From Octopus vulgaris (taxonomy: Eukaryota): a stretch of 64,000 nt of DNA. How positions within the stretch are numbered: position 1 is the stretch's first letter; every line of letters begins with the position of its first letter. The notes below the pieces were generated by a model. That model was not told the origin of the DNA, did not search any database, and worked only from the letters and a program-made list of their open reading frames with translations. Location: positions 95,976,001 through 96,040,000 of the forward strand of contig OX597820.1 in assembly GCA_951406725.2 (NCBI GenBank), read 5' to 3'. Shown here piece after piece: positions 1-13,156 of the stretch. Position numbers and translations under genes: made by a program.

Positions 1-1348
1 AAAGAAAGAGTAACCTTCGAGGCTTACTTTCGAAGAGTTAAACAAATTTTTTTAAAAGAATATCAGGATTGGACGGACGAACTGAAAACGCGTCTAGTTT
101 TAAGAAAACTAGCGACAGATTACCAAAATCAAGAAAAAAGAAAAAAAAATGCGTTTGACATAAATTTCATCGACGCGGTTGTAATTTTGTGCAAACTGTT
201 TAGTGAAAAGAGCTCCCTGTTTAATACTAGATGGAAATGTTTAAACATAGAGCGAAGATGAAGACTTCACTATTTACACAGATAGAGTCAACAAAGAATG
301 TCAGAGATATAGGCTGGATATGCTTACTCCAGATTCTTTCAAGTGTGGGATTTTTGCACAAGGATTGGCAGATAAAAGGGATGCAGAAATCTGAACGAAA
401 ATTCTAGCAAAATTGGAAATGAAACAGGATTTTACATTGCAGAAACTGTGGGAAGCGTGTGACATGATATTAAAATTAAGGTATGACACGGAGGAAATTC
501 AATAGAAAGTTTGTTTTCACATAAGATCAGTGCAAAAAAGTCGAAGAACAAATAAAGTGTTGCAGGAAAAACAGAAATAATATCGGGATGTAGACCTATG
601 TATAGCATGTGGTGGGATGCACCCGAAAAAAGATTGTCCTTATAAAAAAGTAAAGTCTTTTCGCTGTGGGTTTACAGGACATATAAAAACGCACTGCATA
701 ACTAGAATGATAGGGAAATGGAACAAACAAGAAAAAATAAAGTTTGTTTGTAGGAAAAGTTGTGACTAAAACAGACAGAAAATTCATGAATGTGAGAATT
801 GAAACTAGTGTGTCAGAATGCAATTAGATACGGAAAGTGACATCACAGCCATAGATGAGAAAACATGGTGACAAATGGGTAAGCCAAAATTATGTACTGG
901 AAACAAAATTGCGCATGGTATTACGGGTAAAAATTATATTTCACGAGTGAACGCGTTTGTAATATGATGTTCAAAAATCAAACCCCAAAAAGTGAGTATT
1001 TTTGAGAAAATCCCTGAATTTATTTGGCACCGAATGTATGGAGAAATTTAATTTATGGGATGTACCCATAAGCATTCTGTGCAATAACCTAAACGGAGGA
1101 GCAGTCAAACAATCGGACGAGGTCGATGAAATGAGACAAAAAAATGAAAGAAACATTCCCTAAAGTTTTTTTCGGAAGATTAAGCTACTTCACAAAAACA
1201 AAAGCAAAATTTCTGTCAAAGAAAACCCAGCATCTGTTTTCAGGCACAAACGGAACATGCCGTTTGCGATGGTAGACCAGGTCAATAAAAAACTAGAAAG
1301 GCTGGAAAGCCTGAAAATGAAAAGATTGACCATGCAGACTGGGCAGCA
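1..1348 (+). mobile_element. Decayed Ty3/gypsy LTR-retrotransposon gag-protease-RT N-terminus (runs off the left edge)
   Basis: Manual translation gives gag-like DFTIYTDRVNKECQRYRLDMLTPDSFKCGIFAQGLADKRDAEI*TKILAKLE (~263-418), zinc knuckles CIACGGMHPKKDC..SFRCGFTGHIKTHC (~599-698), protease MQLDTESDITAIDEKTW (~818-868) and RT start VFRHKRNMPFAMVDQVNKKLERLE..KIDHADWAA. Stops and frameshifts throughout. Confidence 0.85.
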
Positions 1349-1351
1349 CAA

Positions 1352-1465
1352 AAAGGATGAAAGTCAAAGTCGATGTCGGCATAAATTTGAATTTAGAACG
1401 CAAATCAAGAAGAAATGCCACTAAGTATTCTATTCGACGGGCTAATGATTCTGACTGCTCACCAC
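1352..1465 (-). mobile_element. Fragment of SINE family A (head GGCGGCGAGCTGGCAGAA)
   Basis: Reverse complement resembles the reference copy at 61643-61870 (GTCGACTTTG.CTTTCATCCTT). Confidence 0.6.
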
Positions 1466-1469
1466 ATTC

Positions 1470-1504
<35 letters not shown>

Positions 1505-1510
1505 TATAAT

Positions 1511-1712
1511 ACTTTTTGTCACAAGGGCAGCTTGGCTTGGTATTAAGTCGATAACATCGACCCCAGTGCGTAACTGGTAATTATTTCATCGATCTCGAAA
1601 GGATGAAAGTCAAAGTCAAGCTCGGCGGAATTTGATCTTACAACGTAGTGACGGACAAAATACGCCTAAGCATTTCGTCCAGCATGCTAACAATTCTGCC
1701 AGCTCACCGCCT
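1511..1712 (-). mobile_element. SINE family A copy
   Basis: Reverse complement reads AAGGCGGTGAGCTGGCAGAATTGTTAGC...CCGCCGAGCTTGACTTTGACTTTCATCCTTTCG...ACCAGTTACGCACTGGGGTCGAT, matching 61643-61870. Confidence 0.85.
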
Positions 1713-1714
1713 TA

Positions 1715-1737
1715 GTAATAATAATAATGATAATAGA

Positions 1738-1810
<73 letters not shown>
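1715..1810. repeat. (AAT)n microsatellite at the 5' junction of an R4/Dong copy
   Basis: Direct reading. Confidence 0.95.
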
Positions 1811-2770
1811 GAAAGAACCGTGGCAGAATATTTGGTAAATAGCAAACAAGTTCTGCCACAGTATGCTGCTAATGCAGAAAGATTTAACAAAAATGGACTT
1901 GAGAATGCTGATGAATTCAGATCAAGAACAGCCAACGAGAGAGAATTAACCCTACTCCGCATTGAATTGCATGGTCAGTTCCACTGTCAAACCAACAAAT
2001 TAAAAGTCCAGGATGATTCATGGAGGTGGCTTAACATCGCTGACTAGGACAAGGTCTTGAATACCAACTCAGTGAAAAAGAACATATACCATACAAGTGC
2101 AACTGACCTCTCCAAAATGTGTGGGAAGACGGTAGAAAGCGTGATTCACTTTGTTAGTGCTTGGGAAAGTCATGCGCAGAATGAGCACAAGCGTAAACAC
2201 GACAAGGTAGCTCAAACCCTCCACTGGCTACTATGCCGTAAGTATGGATATAGGGTTATCACTGCTTGGTACCAGCATACACCGGAAAAGGTAATGGACG
2301 AAAAGGGGAAAGTAAAAATCCTTTGGGAGTTTGACTTCCAGACAGACAAGGTATTAGAGCACCGAAGGCCAGATATAGTAACCTTTAGGAGGTACAAACA
2401 AGAGTGCCTAATAATCGACGTGGCAGTGCCAGGAGATCAACATATCATCATGAAAGAAAGAGAAAACGTTGATAAATATGGAGACTTGAGAATTGAGATC
2501 GCTAAGGTGTGGCAGTTACGAGAGTCAAACATAAGTTTATCCCTGTTGTCATCGGAGCACTGGGTTCAATACCAACCAATCTGAAAAACATCTGAAAATT
2601 TTAGAAATACTCTACAGTCTAGGTGTATTTTAAACGTCGGCATTACATGGAATTGCACGCATATTGCGTAAAGTACTGTCTGTCTGAGGTTCTTTTTGTG
2701 ACTTTACCCCGGTAGATACAATATCTTCAATTAACAACCTCATGATATTGTATACTGTGCGATGCCTATA
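1811..2770 (+). mobile_element. 5'-truncated R4/Dong-clade non-LTR retrotransposon (zinc-knuckle region + REL endonuclease + 3'UTR)
   Basis: ORFs 1727-2047 and 2057-2584 contain LHGQF, MCGKTVESVIHFVS, HKRKHDKVAQTLHW and RRPDIV..CLIIDVAVPGD..KYGDL (PD-(D/E)xK REL motif). Followed by (TAAA)n. Confidence 0.9.
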
Positions 2771-3130
2771 ATAAATAAGTAAATAAATAAATAAATAAGA
2801 TAGAAAGTTTCAACTTCTCCCCAACAACAGACCCAATACTACGGAATGTAATATTGTTATGATAATATAATATACTGAAAAGAAAAAGTATGAATCAGTC
2901 TAATTGTTTTTATTATTGAAACATTTAGAATTATATATAACAGCGCGTATTTATGTATTGACAATTCTTTGCACTTATTCTATACTAAAACAGTCACAAA
3001 ACTAGAAATGTGTGTCTCATAACTCATTAAGAAAGTGTGAGGGCAATTACTGTCGGTTTTGAAATTTACAATGATAAATAGAAAGCAAAAATGTGTATCC
3101 TACCAATAAGAAAATCTGTAACATCATCTA

Positions 3131-3350
3131 AGGCAGCGAGATTGCAGAAACATTAGGGTATCTAAAAAGAATGCTTTGCAGTGTTTGTTCAGGCCCTTTA
3201 CGTTTTCAATTCAAATTTCGCCGAGGTCAGCTTTGTCTTACATTCATCCTCCCGAGATCGATAAAATAAAGTATATTCTAAGTGTCAGGGTAAATGGTAA
3301 CGAGTAAACCCTCTTCTCAAATATTTCGTTCTGTGTCTAAATTAGAAACG
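3131..3350 (+). mobile_element. Degenerate SINE family A copy
   Basis: AGGCAGCGAGATTGCAGAAAC...TTCAAATTTCGCCGAGGTCAGCTTTG...TCGATAAAATAAAGTA. Confidence 0.7.
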
Positions 3351-3791
3351 AATCGTAACAGCATCTGCGAATAAATAACATACTAATTCTTCGTTTTGAA
3401 TAAATTAGATCCTTTTATAAAATACGTAATTTGAGTTGACTGTGATGAAAAGAGTTACTGACTGAATCGTAGACATAGTACTGTAAAGAGGGTGCTTTCA
3501 GTGTGGGTACGACGAACCAACTTTCTCAAAACAGATTTCTAATGCCGATCCATATTTGAACTTAAGCTCAGCATAACATCGAAATTCTTCTCTGTTTATA
3601 ACGTCAATTGTTATTACTCCTCACATATTCACAAATACGTAACTTGTGGCATCGCATCAAGAATATAGGCCACAATCACAAATAGATTGCCGTATAACGT
3701 ACCACTTTAAGAAATACAAGAAAACGAAACAAAGGAATATGCGCAGGCACACAAACGTCAATATTAAAAATACAAATGCATTATTTTGCTA

Positions 3792-3870
<79 letters not shown>

Positions 3871-3874
<4 letters not shown>

Positions 3875-4413
3875 TAGTCTTATTTTTATCACGTGCCTTC
3901 ACTGCACTACTGAGCGCAGCTCTGCATGTGATGCCTAGTAGTGCTAGTTTCGATATGTTATATATACTTGTTATGTATTTGTCTGAATATTTTTTATCAT
4001 ATGCACCTACTATGATAGGATTTGTTTCCGTTTTTAGACTCTACATTCGAATTACATCTGTTTCCAGATCTTTTAGAGAAACATTGTCATCTGATGGTAA
4101 TGATACATCGATTAGATTTTTCTTTGTAATCTCTGACAATTAAATCCGGCATATTGGTTTTAATTCCTCTCTCTGTGTGTATTGGCATATTCCAGAGTAT
4201 GGTTGCTTTCTCATTTTCTGTGACCTTCTCTGGCGTGTGCCAATACCAACTTTTTACTGTTGTTATTCCATAGTGTTGGCATTGCTTCCTGTGTATATAG
4301 GTCCCAATACTGTCGTATCTGTGAATATATTCGTTCTTAACCAGAACTGGGTAGCCAAAGACAACATGATATATTGTTTCTTCTCCATCTCCACATATTC
4401 TACAGTTACTTGT
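3871..4413 (-). mobile_element. 5'-truncated R4/Dong copy A, internally deleted, between (TAT)n tracts
   Basis: Collinear with copy B (4439-5090). Reverse strand encodes LIDVSLPSDDNVSLK and TNPIIVGA. Flanked by (TAT)n at 3792-3870 and 4416-4438. Confidence 0.85.
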
Positions 4414-4438
4414 ATTTATTATTATTATTATTATTATT

Positions 4439-5090
4439 CAGTAGTTTTATTTTTATAGCGTGCTTTCACTTCCCTACCGAGCGCAGCTCTGTGTGCCTTG
4501 GGTATGTGCTGTGATTTGTTGTGATGCTCTGATGGTTATTGTATGGAAAGTGTTCTGCGTAGGATGTGTGCAGTGCCTAGTAGTGCAATTTTCTGTATGT
4601 TATATGTGTTTGTAAGTCCTGGTGTTTTTGTTATGTATTTGTCTGAATATTTTTTTATCATGCCTAATGCACCTACTATGATAGGAATTGTTTCTGTTTT
4701 CAGGTTCCACATTTTAGTTATCTCTATTTCCAGGTCTTTGTATTTTGAGAGTTTCTCCATTTCTTTTAGAGACACGTTGTCATCTGCCGGTATTGATACA
4801 TCAATTAGAAAGCATTTTTTTCTTCATGATCTCTGACAACTATATCTGGTCTGTTGGCCTTAATTTCTCTATCTGTGTGTATCGGCATATCCCAGAGTAT
4901 GGTTGCTTTCTCGTTTTATGTGACCTTTCTGGTGTGTGCCTATACCATCTTTTTTCTGTTGTTATTCCATAATGTTGGCATAGCTTCCAATGTATGTAGG
5001 TTCCAATTCTGTCATGTCTGTGAATATATTCCTTCTTAGCCAGGACTGGGCAGCTAGAGATAATATGATTTATTGTTTCTTGTCCATCTC
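4439..5090 (-). mobile_element. 5'-truncated R4/Dong copy B (REL domain + 3'UTR)
   Basis: ORF 4536-4775(-): SLKEMEKLSKYKDLEIEITKMWNLKTETIPIIVGALG..QKIALLGTAHILRRTL, with upstream NRPDIVV/LIDVSIP. (TAT)n at 5092-5124. Confidence 0.9.
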
Positions 5091-5091
5091 C

Positions 5092-5125
<34 letters not shown>

Positions 5126-5576
5126 TAGAATGGATTTGAAATTTTGAATAAAATTCTTTTCTCTTACTCTTCTCTCGACTCGAGTTGTACAGTTTGTAGA
5201 ATGAGGATGCTATAAACACTTTTGACCACTTGTTTCCAAATGGCTGTTTAATGATATCTGACGAACATCAGGGTCCTTAATATGTTGTTGGTGTATTCGC
5301 AGGCGTTCTAGAATTGTGTTTCCGGCCTGCGGATATAAATCGCTTCAGAATTTGAGCATTTGACGCAGTGGGATAGAACTCATATTTGCATTTATAAATA
5401 TTCTTCCGGTTTTTTATTGTGTTTATATTTAAAGATTAATTGAATATGGAGATATTCTATTGAGAGTCAAATAATTTATTTATATTACAGTATTACATTA
5501 AATACCATGAGTATGAAGTAACCAGTGAATTGGATGTTTAACACGCCCCTTTAAAGGATTTCTTTTCCTAATTTGT

Positions 5577-5651
<75 letters not shown>

Positions 5652-5679
5652 TGTATGTATATATATATGTGTATGTATA

Positions 5680-5890
5680 GTTAATCCAAACATGAAAACA
5701 CAAACAGAAAACACAACAACGCGAGGATGTGGAACAAGTATAGTGTTATTGGACGCTCAGGAAAGGAGAGAAAGAAGGAGGATTTAACGTTTCTAGCAGA
5801 GCTCTTCGTGAGAAAAATAGGAAAAGGAAAGATCCAAGGAAGGTAAGACGGAGAGGAAAAAATCGCCAACGGTACACACGCGGTCACATT
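5680..5890 (-). mobile_element. Solo Penelope-type terminal repeat with degenerate minimal hammerhead, embedded in a (TA)/(TATG) tract
   Basis: Reverse complement of ~5783-5815 reads TTTT-CTCACGA-A-GAGC-TCT-GCTA-GAAAC-GTT-AAA, the same layout as 13344-13377 and 52490-52523. Confidence 0.55.
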
Positions 5891-6119
5891 TTGAATATAT
5901 ATATATATATATACAGATATATATATAGAGAGAGAGAGGGAGGGAGCGGGAGAGAGAGAGAGAGAAGTGCAGGCATAATTATAAGATTAAAATGTTTTTT
6001 CCGTTTAGTCGGTAGAAAATGGGTGTCACTCAATCAAGGGAAAATCCTACATATACGATACGTAATTACCTACAGATATTCAATCCGCATATCTTGAAGA
6101 TCTCTTGTAGCTGTACTCG

Positions 6120-7270
6120 TACAAGGGTGGGCTGAAAAGTTTATAGGCTAACGCTGAAGGAATGACACTAGAGCTGTGAAACCTTGCAAGCAATTAATTT
6201 CAATCTTACTTTTTCATTGCTGAATTGTTTCATAGCAAGTAAATTAATATGTGATTGCTCAAAAAAGACTTCAAAAGTAACTATCACAAGCTTCTCTTAA
6301 AAATGGACAAAATTTCGCATTGGGATGTTATCATGTACATGCAGAAAAAGGGTTTAGCCCCCAAGGATATTATGCTGAAATGTTTGCTATTTCAGGATGA
6401 CGCTCTAGTTTTAATAACAGGGTAAAAATGGGCAGCTAAATTGAGGAAGGGAGAGAAGTCTTCATATGATCCAAGATCTGGATGTACTGCAGCTGCCACC
6501 AGTGAGGAAAACATTGGCTGTGTTCACCACATGGCGATGGATGACAAGCGATTGTCTATGAATCAAAATAGCCAATGGTAGTCGCATCTCGCGTGAGCAG
6601 TAGTTGAGAATATTCTTCATAATGAACGTGGCATTACAACTGTCTCTACTCAGGGGGCAGCATGTCTTTTCACACATAATCAAGAGCGCACTAGGCTGAT
6701 CACAACATGGAAGGATCTCACAGTGCTTGAGGCAGATCAAACTGGTTTCTTGACGGTTTCCCAAGCCACAAGGAGTGTAGGAGCCATTACTTTGAGCCAG
6801 TGACAAAGCAACCATTTATATACTGGAAACACTCTTCCTCACTTGCTCCAGCGAAGGCCAAGTTTGTTTCATCTGCCTGGAAAGTGATGACTTCAGTTTA
6901 TTTGGATGCAAAAGGCATTTGTGCTTATTGACTATCTTCAAAATGGTCACACCATCAATGGAGTGTACTCTGCCAACTTGCTGAGGCAGCTACGAATAGC
7001 TATGAAGACCAGGCGCCAAGGAAAACTGACGAAAAATGTTTTGTTTCATCAGGACAATACTTCAAACACAAGACTTTGGTTTGAAAGTACTGTGCGGGAC
7101 TGTAGCTTTGAACTAGTTGATCGCCATCCCTATTCTGCTGATTTGTCCCCATCTAACGATAAACACTTGGCCGGGAATCAGTATCACAGTTATGAGGATG
7201 TTATATCTGCCGTTGATGACTTTTTTGACGAAAGCTTCTTCACCAATGGGATCTAAACAACTGAACACCA
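6120..7270 (+). mobile_element. Decayed mariner (DD34D) DNA transposon
   Basis: TA followed by left TIR CAAGGGTGGGCTGAAAAGTT. Transposase relic from 6303 (MDKISHWDVIMYMQKKGLAPKDI..DPRSG). ORF 6906-7256 has IDYLQNGHTING..LFHQDN..HPYSADLSPS. Right TIR not seen. Confidence 0.88.
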
Positions 7271-7344
7271 TACACACACGCGCGCTCGCAAACTATCTTG
7301 TTAAGAAATTTTCTATTAGACACGAGAGCAGTATTTATACTGCG

Positions 7345-7725
7345 AAGTAATGTTTATCGTCACTAAACGTGGGTATCCTATTAAAACAGACGATACCATT
7401 ACTTTAACCCAAGGAGGGCTCCTCCATCAACTGGTTATTCAGTGCACTTCGCGCTCGATATGTATTGCAGGCGGGGAGAGAACCCCTTGCTATTCTACTT
7501 CGCAGATCGCTAGATCACGTGATTTCGACCGCATATTCGTCATCCTCATTTTACATATTACAAGCTGGGATGAACTACTGCCATGTATTGTGGACGAGTA
7601 TCCATCACTAAGGATGATGAAAATAACTGAATAACCAGATAACCAGCTGGAGTAGGTCTCTTCCTGGGGTTAAGATATCTTCTGCTCTTATAGATCTCCC
7701 ACTTTTTGGTGACGATAAACTTTAC

Positions 7726-7727
<2 letters not shown>
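7345..7727. repeat. Fold-back element with ~100-bp imperfect inverted arms, adjacent to (CA)n
   Basis: AAGTAATGTTTATCGTCACTAAACGTGGG (7345-7373) matches the reverse complement of 7698-7727. Inner TTAACCCAAGG..CTGGTTATTCAGT matches the reverse complement of 7626-7673. Confidence 0.75.
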
Positions 7728-7793
<66 letters not shown>

Positions 7794-8040
7794 ACACACA
7801 CACACACATACACACACACAAACACATATATATATATATACATATACATATATATGCATTAAGTTATCCTTGCATACATACAAACATACATACATACATA
7901 AATACATGCATACATACATAAATACATGCATACATACATAATTACATACATAAATACATGCATACATACATACACACATACACACATACATACATACATA
8001 CATACATACATACATACATACATACATACATACATACATA
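7728..8040. repeat. Compound (CA)n/(CATA)n microsatellite
   Basis: Direct reading. Confidence 0.95.
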
Positions 8041-8668
8041 AGGCTATATACAATATGAAAATAGATTTTCATCACATATTTTGTTGACGCATGCTAAGAA
8101 GTCAAACGTCATTTCCGCTTGTTGTATTTAGCTTCGTTTTTTTTTCTTTTCTTTTGACTATTTTTCAAACCGGCCTTGTTAATACTGACAATAGGAAATA
8201 GATTTCAGAAGCGGATACAAAGCAAGTGTTTAAAACAGCAATCACTGCCCTACGTAAAAGAGAGAGAGGCACGGAATTTAAGGTATATCCACACACACAC
8301 ACACACACATACACACACATATACACACACCTACACAAACACACCTACACACACATATGCACACAAACATGCATACACAAACATTTCCTTCTTCAACGTT
8401 GTACATTCCAGTATTATTTTTAAATTTTACATGTTAGTTTTCATTATTAGGAACATTATTAGGAACAGTTAGATTTCTCTTTCTCTAACAGTTTCCCTCT
8501 CTCTATCTTTTCTTCTTCTCCTTTCTACTTCTCTCTCTCTCTCTTTCTCTCTTTCTTTCTCTTTCCCTATTTGAATATCTACCTGTTTATTTAGATGATG
8601 ACCAGCATTCACAAAAAGAAAAATCCTAAGAGAGAACAAGGAGGTTATAAATTGTTATATATATACAT

Positions 8669-8751
<83 letters not shown>

Positions 8752-8779
8752 AATATATATATTTATATATATATATATT

Positions 8780-8834
<55 letters not shown>

Positions 8835-8866
8835 TTTATTTTAAGCAGCAGAAAATTCAACAAAAT

Positions 8867-8904
8867 CTGTTACTCTGAGTTTCTCGTTGCCGTTCATCAG
8901 ACAG
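8867..8904 (-). ncRNA. Minimal type-I hammerhead ribozyme motif in a PLE-like terminal repeat
   Basis: Reverse complement reads CTGT-CTGATGA-A-CG-GCAA-CG-A-GAAAC-TCAGA-GTA-ACAG. Core is intact, stem I is CTGT/ACAG, stem III is near-palindromic (ACTCAGAGT) and the triplet is GUA. Stem II is very short. Confidence 0.65.
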
Positions 8905-10089
8905 TTTTTGCTAGAATGGAACTTATATATTAATTCAATCTATACTCTTACAAACGCTACACCTTTAAAAAGAAATGGACTTGTTTGATTGGCCCTTTAG
9001 AAAAAACGGTCAATCTTCGAGCGATAAATAAAAGGTCAAAAATATATGTATATATATATAAAAAAACTTATAAAAATTATAAAAATTATAAAATCCGAGG
9101 AAAAAACCAAGAAAAAAACCTATTGCCGTTAATGAAGACAGTACAAATTAATGCATAGAAATTAAACCTGTTATAAATACTGCAATACATATTTATATTA
9201 AAATCCACATATATATATCAACATACACAAAAGGATGCGCGTAAACGCCATACATACATATACAGACGTATGAATATGAATCTAAATTATACACATAAAA
9301 GCATGTGTACATATATTCACGCAAACCGTCTCGCACGCAAGCTAAAATTCATCTATGTAGCAATTCTCATATATTGAGCAAGGAGGGGGAACGAAAGAAA
9401 GGGAAAGAGAGAAAAGGAACGAAGGAGGGGTGGGGAAAAAACTTGTAGCGATGTTATTGGCATCTATAGAGGCCAGTATACATACACAAGTTTGAATTGA
9501 TACATATACATATCGTCGTGTGTATGCGTGCTTAAGCACAAGCATACTTTCACTTACACATACACAGATACGCATGCTTACAAATACATATACTTTGCTA
9601 TACACATACTTATATAAACATTCTAATTTTGACAACATTGCTTTTTTTTAAAAAAAACATTGCTTTTAAAAAATGGGTGCGTTAATAAAAATATATACGA
9701 AAGACATATAAAATAAAATATAACATCCTATTTTGGGTCATTTATAAATAATCAAGGTAATATAAATAATCAAGGTAATCCTATGCAATACAATAACATG
9801 AAAACAAAGTTTGTAGGTTTTTCCTAATATATATGTAGAAACAATAAGACTTTGCTATAGATATATATATGTATAGATATAAATATATATATATATATAT
9901 ATTTATATCTATACATATATATATATATATGTATGTGTGTGTATGTGTGTGTGTGTGTGTGTGTGTTAAAAATATATTAAAACTGTATTTTCCTTCCTTT
10001 ATTTTACGTATATATTTTTTGTATTACAACTCAGCACCAGGGTATAATCGAAATTCTCCACTTCCCTTACTACTAGTTACCACACGTGG

Positions 10090-10900
10090 AACAGAAAATG
10101 CTGCCAAACCATACAACAAGCATATCGGATAAAAACTGCCGTCGAGGATATATTGACGGAATTAAAAGAAATTAACTAATTATTCTAACTAACAAAATCG
10201 ATGGATTAAATTACTGCACCTGAGGAGCAACTGAAAATGGACGGAGAATACAATCTACAGAGAAGGTTAGTCAAAATCTGAACGAACTATGCATAAGATT
10301 GTACTCAATTTTCACAAACAATCTTGAAAAAGAATCATCACCAAAATACCAAAACCATAATGAAAATATGCCAATGTCAGCACACTTAATTAAACCCCAT
10401 ATAAGCCATATTTGGTCGGAAAACCTTATCGCTAGAAAATTTTCTTTTTGGAACATGATAAAAATAATTACGCAGAAATATATGAAAAATGAATTAACTC
10501 AACACCATTAATTTTACCACGCAAACTACAAATCAAACCAATCCTAGAAGGGCCCGAACAACAAAGATAACTTAGGGAGAAATTAACACTAGAGAAAATG
10601 AAAGTAGAAATTGAGTTACTTAATCTTAGAGCATCGAATAACGAACACAAATATGAAACCATCGATGAAGACGTGCACACCGAACTCACTAAACATGCTG
10701 ATGAACAACTTTTGGTGTGTTATAAAACTATGGAAAGGTAGGTGTGAATTGAAATAAATAAATTCCCTTCAACGGTGGGAAAACAGTGTTAATCTCTTCC
10801 TTAGTTACGAATATCAGTTTAAAAGAGACTACAGTTCAGATAACCCCTTTCTGAAAACAAATCTAGAACAAGTAAATCTTCAGAAATAAATAAACATCCA
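10090..10900 (+). pseudogene. Decayed TE-like ORF, possibly the N-terminal region of a Penelope-like element
   Basis: Reads as protein across stops: WSENLIARKFSFWNMIK..YAEIYEK*INSTPLILPRKLQIKPILEG..REKLTLEKMKVEIELLNLRA. No catalytic motif seen, so family assignment is tentative. Confidence 0.4.
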
Positions 10901-11051
10901 ACTAGATTAAACTATAAACATCTAAAAGAACACAAACACACAAAATTAACTTCTCACTTGGAAGTAAACCGCTCTCAATCTAGGAACAGGAGCAGAAGAA
11001 ACCAATCTTAAGGTTAGTAGTTATTTCTCCCCAGCAACAAGAAATATTCTG

Positions 11052-11131
<80 letters not shown>

Positions 11132-11779
11132 TCTCTCTTACATTCACACGCGCACGCGCACACACGGACGAACTTAATTGTTTCCTGTAAGTTTTTGTAG
11201 TTGCCGTGTAATGTTCAATTTCCACTTTAGCTACACAAAAGTACAGAACGCTGAATTTGTTTTCAACATGTTTCGTACAGAATACCATTCATCACTAATA
11301 AATGCACATTGGTTTGTTTCCGTAGTTCCCTTGACTACAAGACAAGAATTTACACACATAAAACGCCTACTGTCTCAGTATGTATATTTGAAAGAAGGTC
11401 TATTGCACGTACTTTTAGCAAACTTTATACAATAAAATATATATCTAATACCGGCTTAAAGATATAAAATGATGAATAAAGATGAATATGACATAGTGAA
11501 TCAATGCTTCTTTCAGAGAAACCTCTAAGCTAACTTAAATCAGATCATTGCCTAAAGAGGTATATCAACATTACCACCAACAATTGTTCAATGCTGAACT
11601 GTGAGGTGACGGAAATACATTATGTGCAAATATGTTATTCAAAAAATTAGTTAACACGTTTAACTTCAGAAACATTTTCAATAAGTAGAATTATAAATTA
11701 CAAAATTATCTACGCAGAATATTAGCTTTATTTTATCAGCGCTTGTAAATTGTGCCAGCGCATATACGCGCAGTTTATA

Positions 11780-12240
11780 ACAGCGTGTCCCAAAAGTTAC
11801 TTATGGGTTTTAAGTTTTAATAACTTCCTTAACCTTACAAATAAATGCATGGAAGTTGGATACAATATAAAGGACAGAATGAAAATTAATATGCACTACT
11901 TTGAATGGCCGGGTGCAAAAAGGCCTCAATCATGGATACCTGAAAGAGAGGGTTTTCGTCAACAAACCAGAGACCCTTGAACAACTGAAGGAGAGCATCA
12001 ACAGAGAAATCAAATAAGTTGGTGTTATGATGCAAGTTTTGGAAAGAGCTCGGGCGTGCGAAGCCGAAAATGGCTGCCATTTAAGCGATGTAATTTTTTT
12101 ATATGTAATGTAGAGGTGTTGTAAAATTTGACTTCTGTATCTTAATTTTCCTTATGCCCTTAATATTGTATCATAATTTTATATATTTATTTGTAAAGTT
12201 AAGTTAGTTAAAATTGAAACCCATCAATTTTCGGGCCTCC

Positions 12241-12244
<4 letters not shown>
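11780..12244 (+). mobile_element. Internally deleted Tc1/mariner-superfamily transposon (TIRs + transposase C-terminus)
   Basis: Left end CAGCGTGTCCCAAAAGT..ATGGGTTTTAAGTTTTAATAACTT resembles the reverse complement of the right end (CAGGGAGGCCCGAAAATTGATGGGTTTCAATTTTAACTAACTT). Internal GYLKERVFVNKPETLEQLKESINREI..RARACEAENGCHLSDVIF. Confidence 0.75.
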
Positions 12245-12295
<51 letters not shown>

Positions 12296-12297
<2 letters not shown>

Positions 12298-13156
12298 AGG
12301 TATTATCAAAAACTTCTCGGAGTAGCTGTGTCGCCCGCCAACAGATGGCAGCAGACAGTTACGTGCGCAGTGAGAGCTAGCAGTGACCTTCATGAGGCAG
12401 TACGCCTAGTACGATCGTTGTGTTTCCTTTGCAAGTTGTGATATTTGTGATTTTGCGATCACATATATGCTATAGTCTACAACTTTTGCCATGGAACGAA
12501 GATCCAACGTAAACTTTTGCGTTGAGCCTTGAGCAATCTGTGGCAAGCATACGACGATGAGGCAATGAATCGCACGCAATGTTTCGAGTGGTACGGGCGC
12601 TTTAAAAGGTACGACAGAAATTCAGTTCAATTAAGAACTTGTTCATCATTGTTTTCGACATCATCGGTTTTTGTGCATCGAGAAGTATTTTCCTCGGGGC
12701 CAGACCGTAAATCGAGAGTTCTGCTGCGACGTTTTGAAACGTTTTAAGGAGGTCATTCAGAGAAAGTAACCGTATCTGTGGAGAACGGTCTTCTTTACGA
12801 AGACAATGCACATGTCACCGAGATCTCCTCACTCATGAGTTTCTCACAAAAACGACATGGTATCGCTTCTGCCCCCGCCCTATTCGCCATATTTTGCACC
12901 TGTCTCCCCCAATATGAAAATGCAGCTCAAAGGTCGCCGTTTTAAATCCGTTGTAGAGATCAGAGCGAATCAGAGCAAGTTCTCGACTCACTTATGGAAA
13001 ACAACTTCCAGGCCGGATTTCAAATGTGGCAGGAACGCTGGAATCTGTGTATTGCTACGCAAGGTGACTATTTCGAAGGAGATGATATTAAAACTTAGGT
13101 AAAGAAGCTATTTTCTTTATTAAACAACTAGTCGGAGAATTTTTTGATACCCTCTA
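12296..13156 (+). mobile_element. Internally deleted mariner element inserted at a (TA)n tract
   Basis: Left TIR CGAGGTATTATCAAAAACTTCTCGGAGTAG resembles the reverse complement of the right end (AGAGGGTATCAAAAAATTCTCCGACTAG). Relic motifs AYDDEAMNRTQCFEWYGRFK and PPPYSPYFAP..MKMQLKGRRFKSVVEI. Confidence 0.85.
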
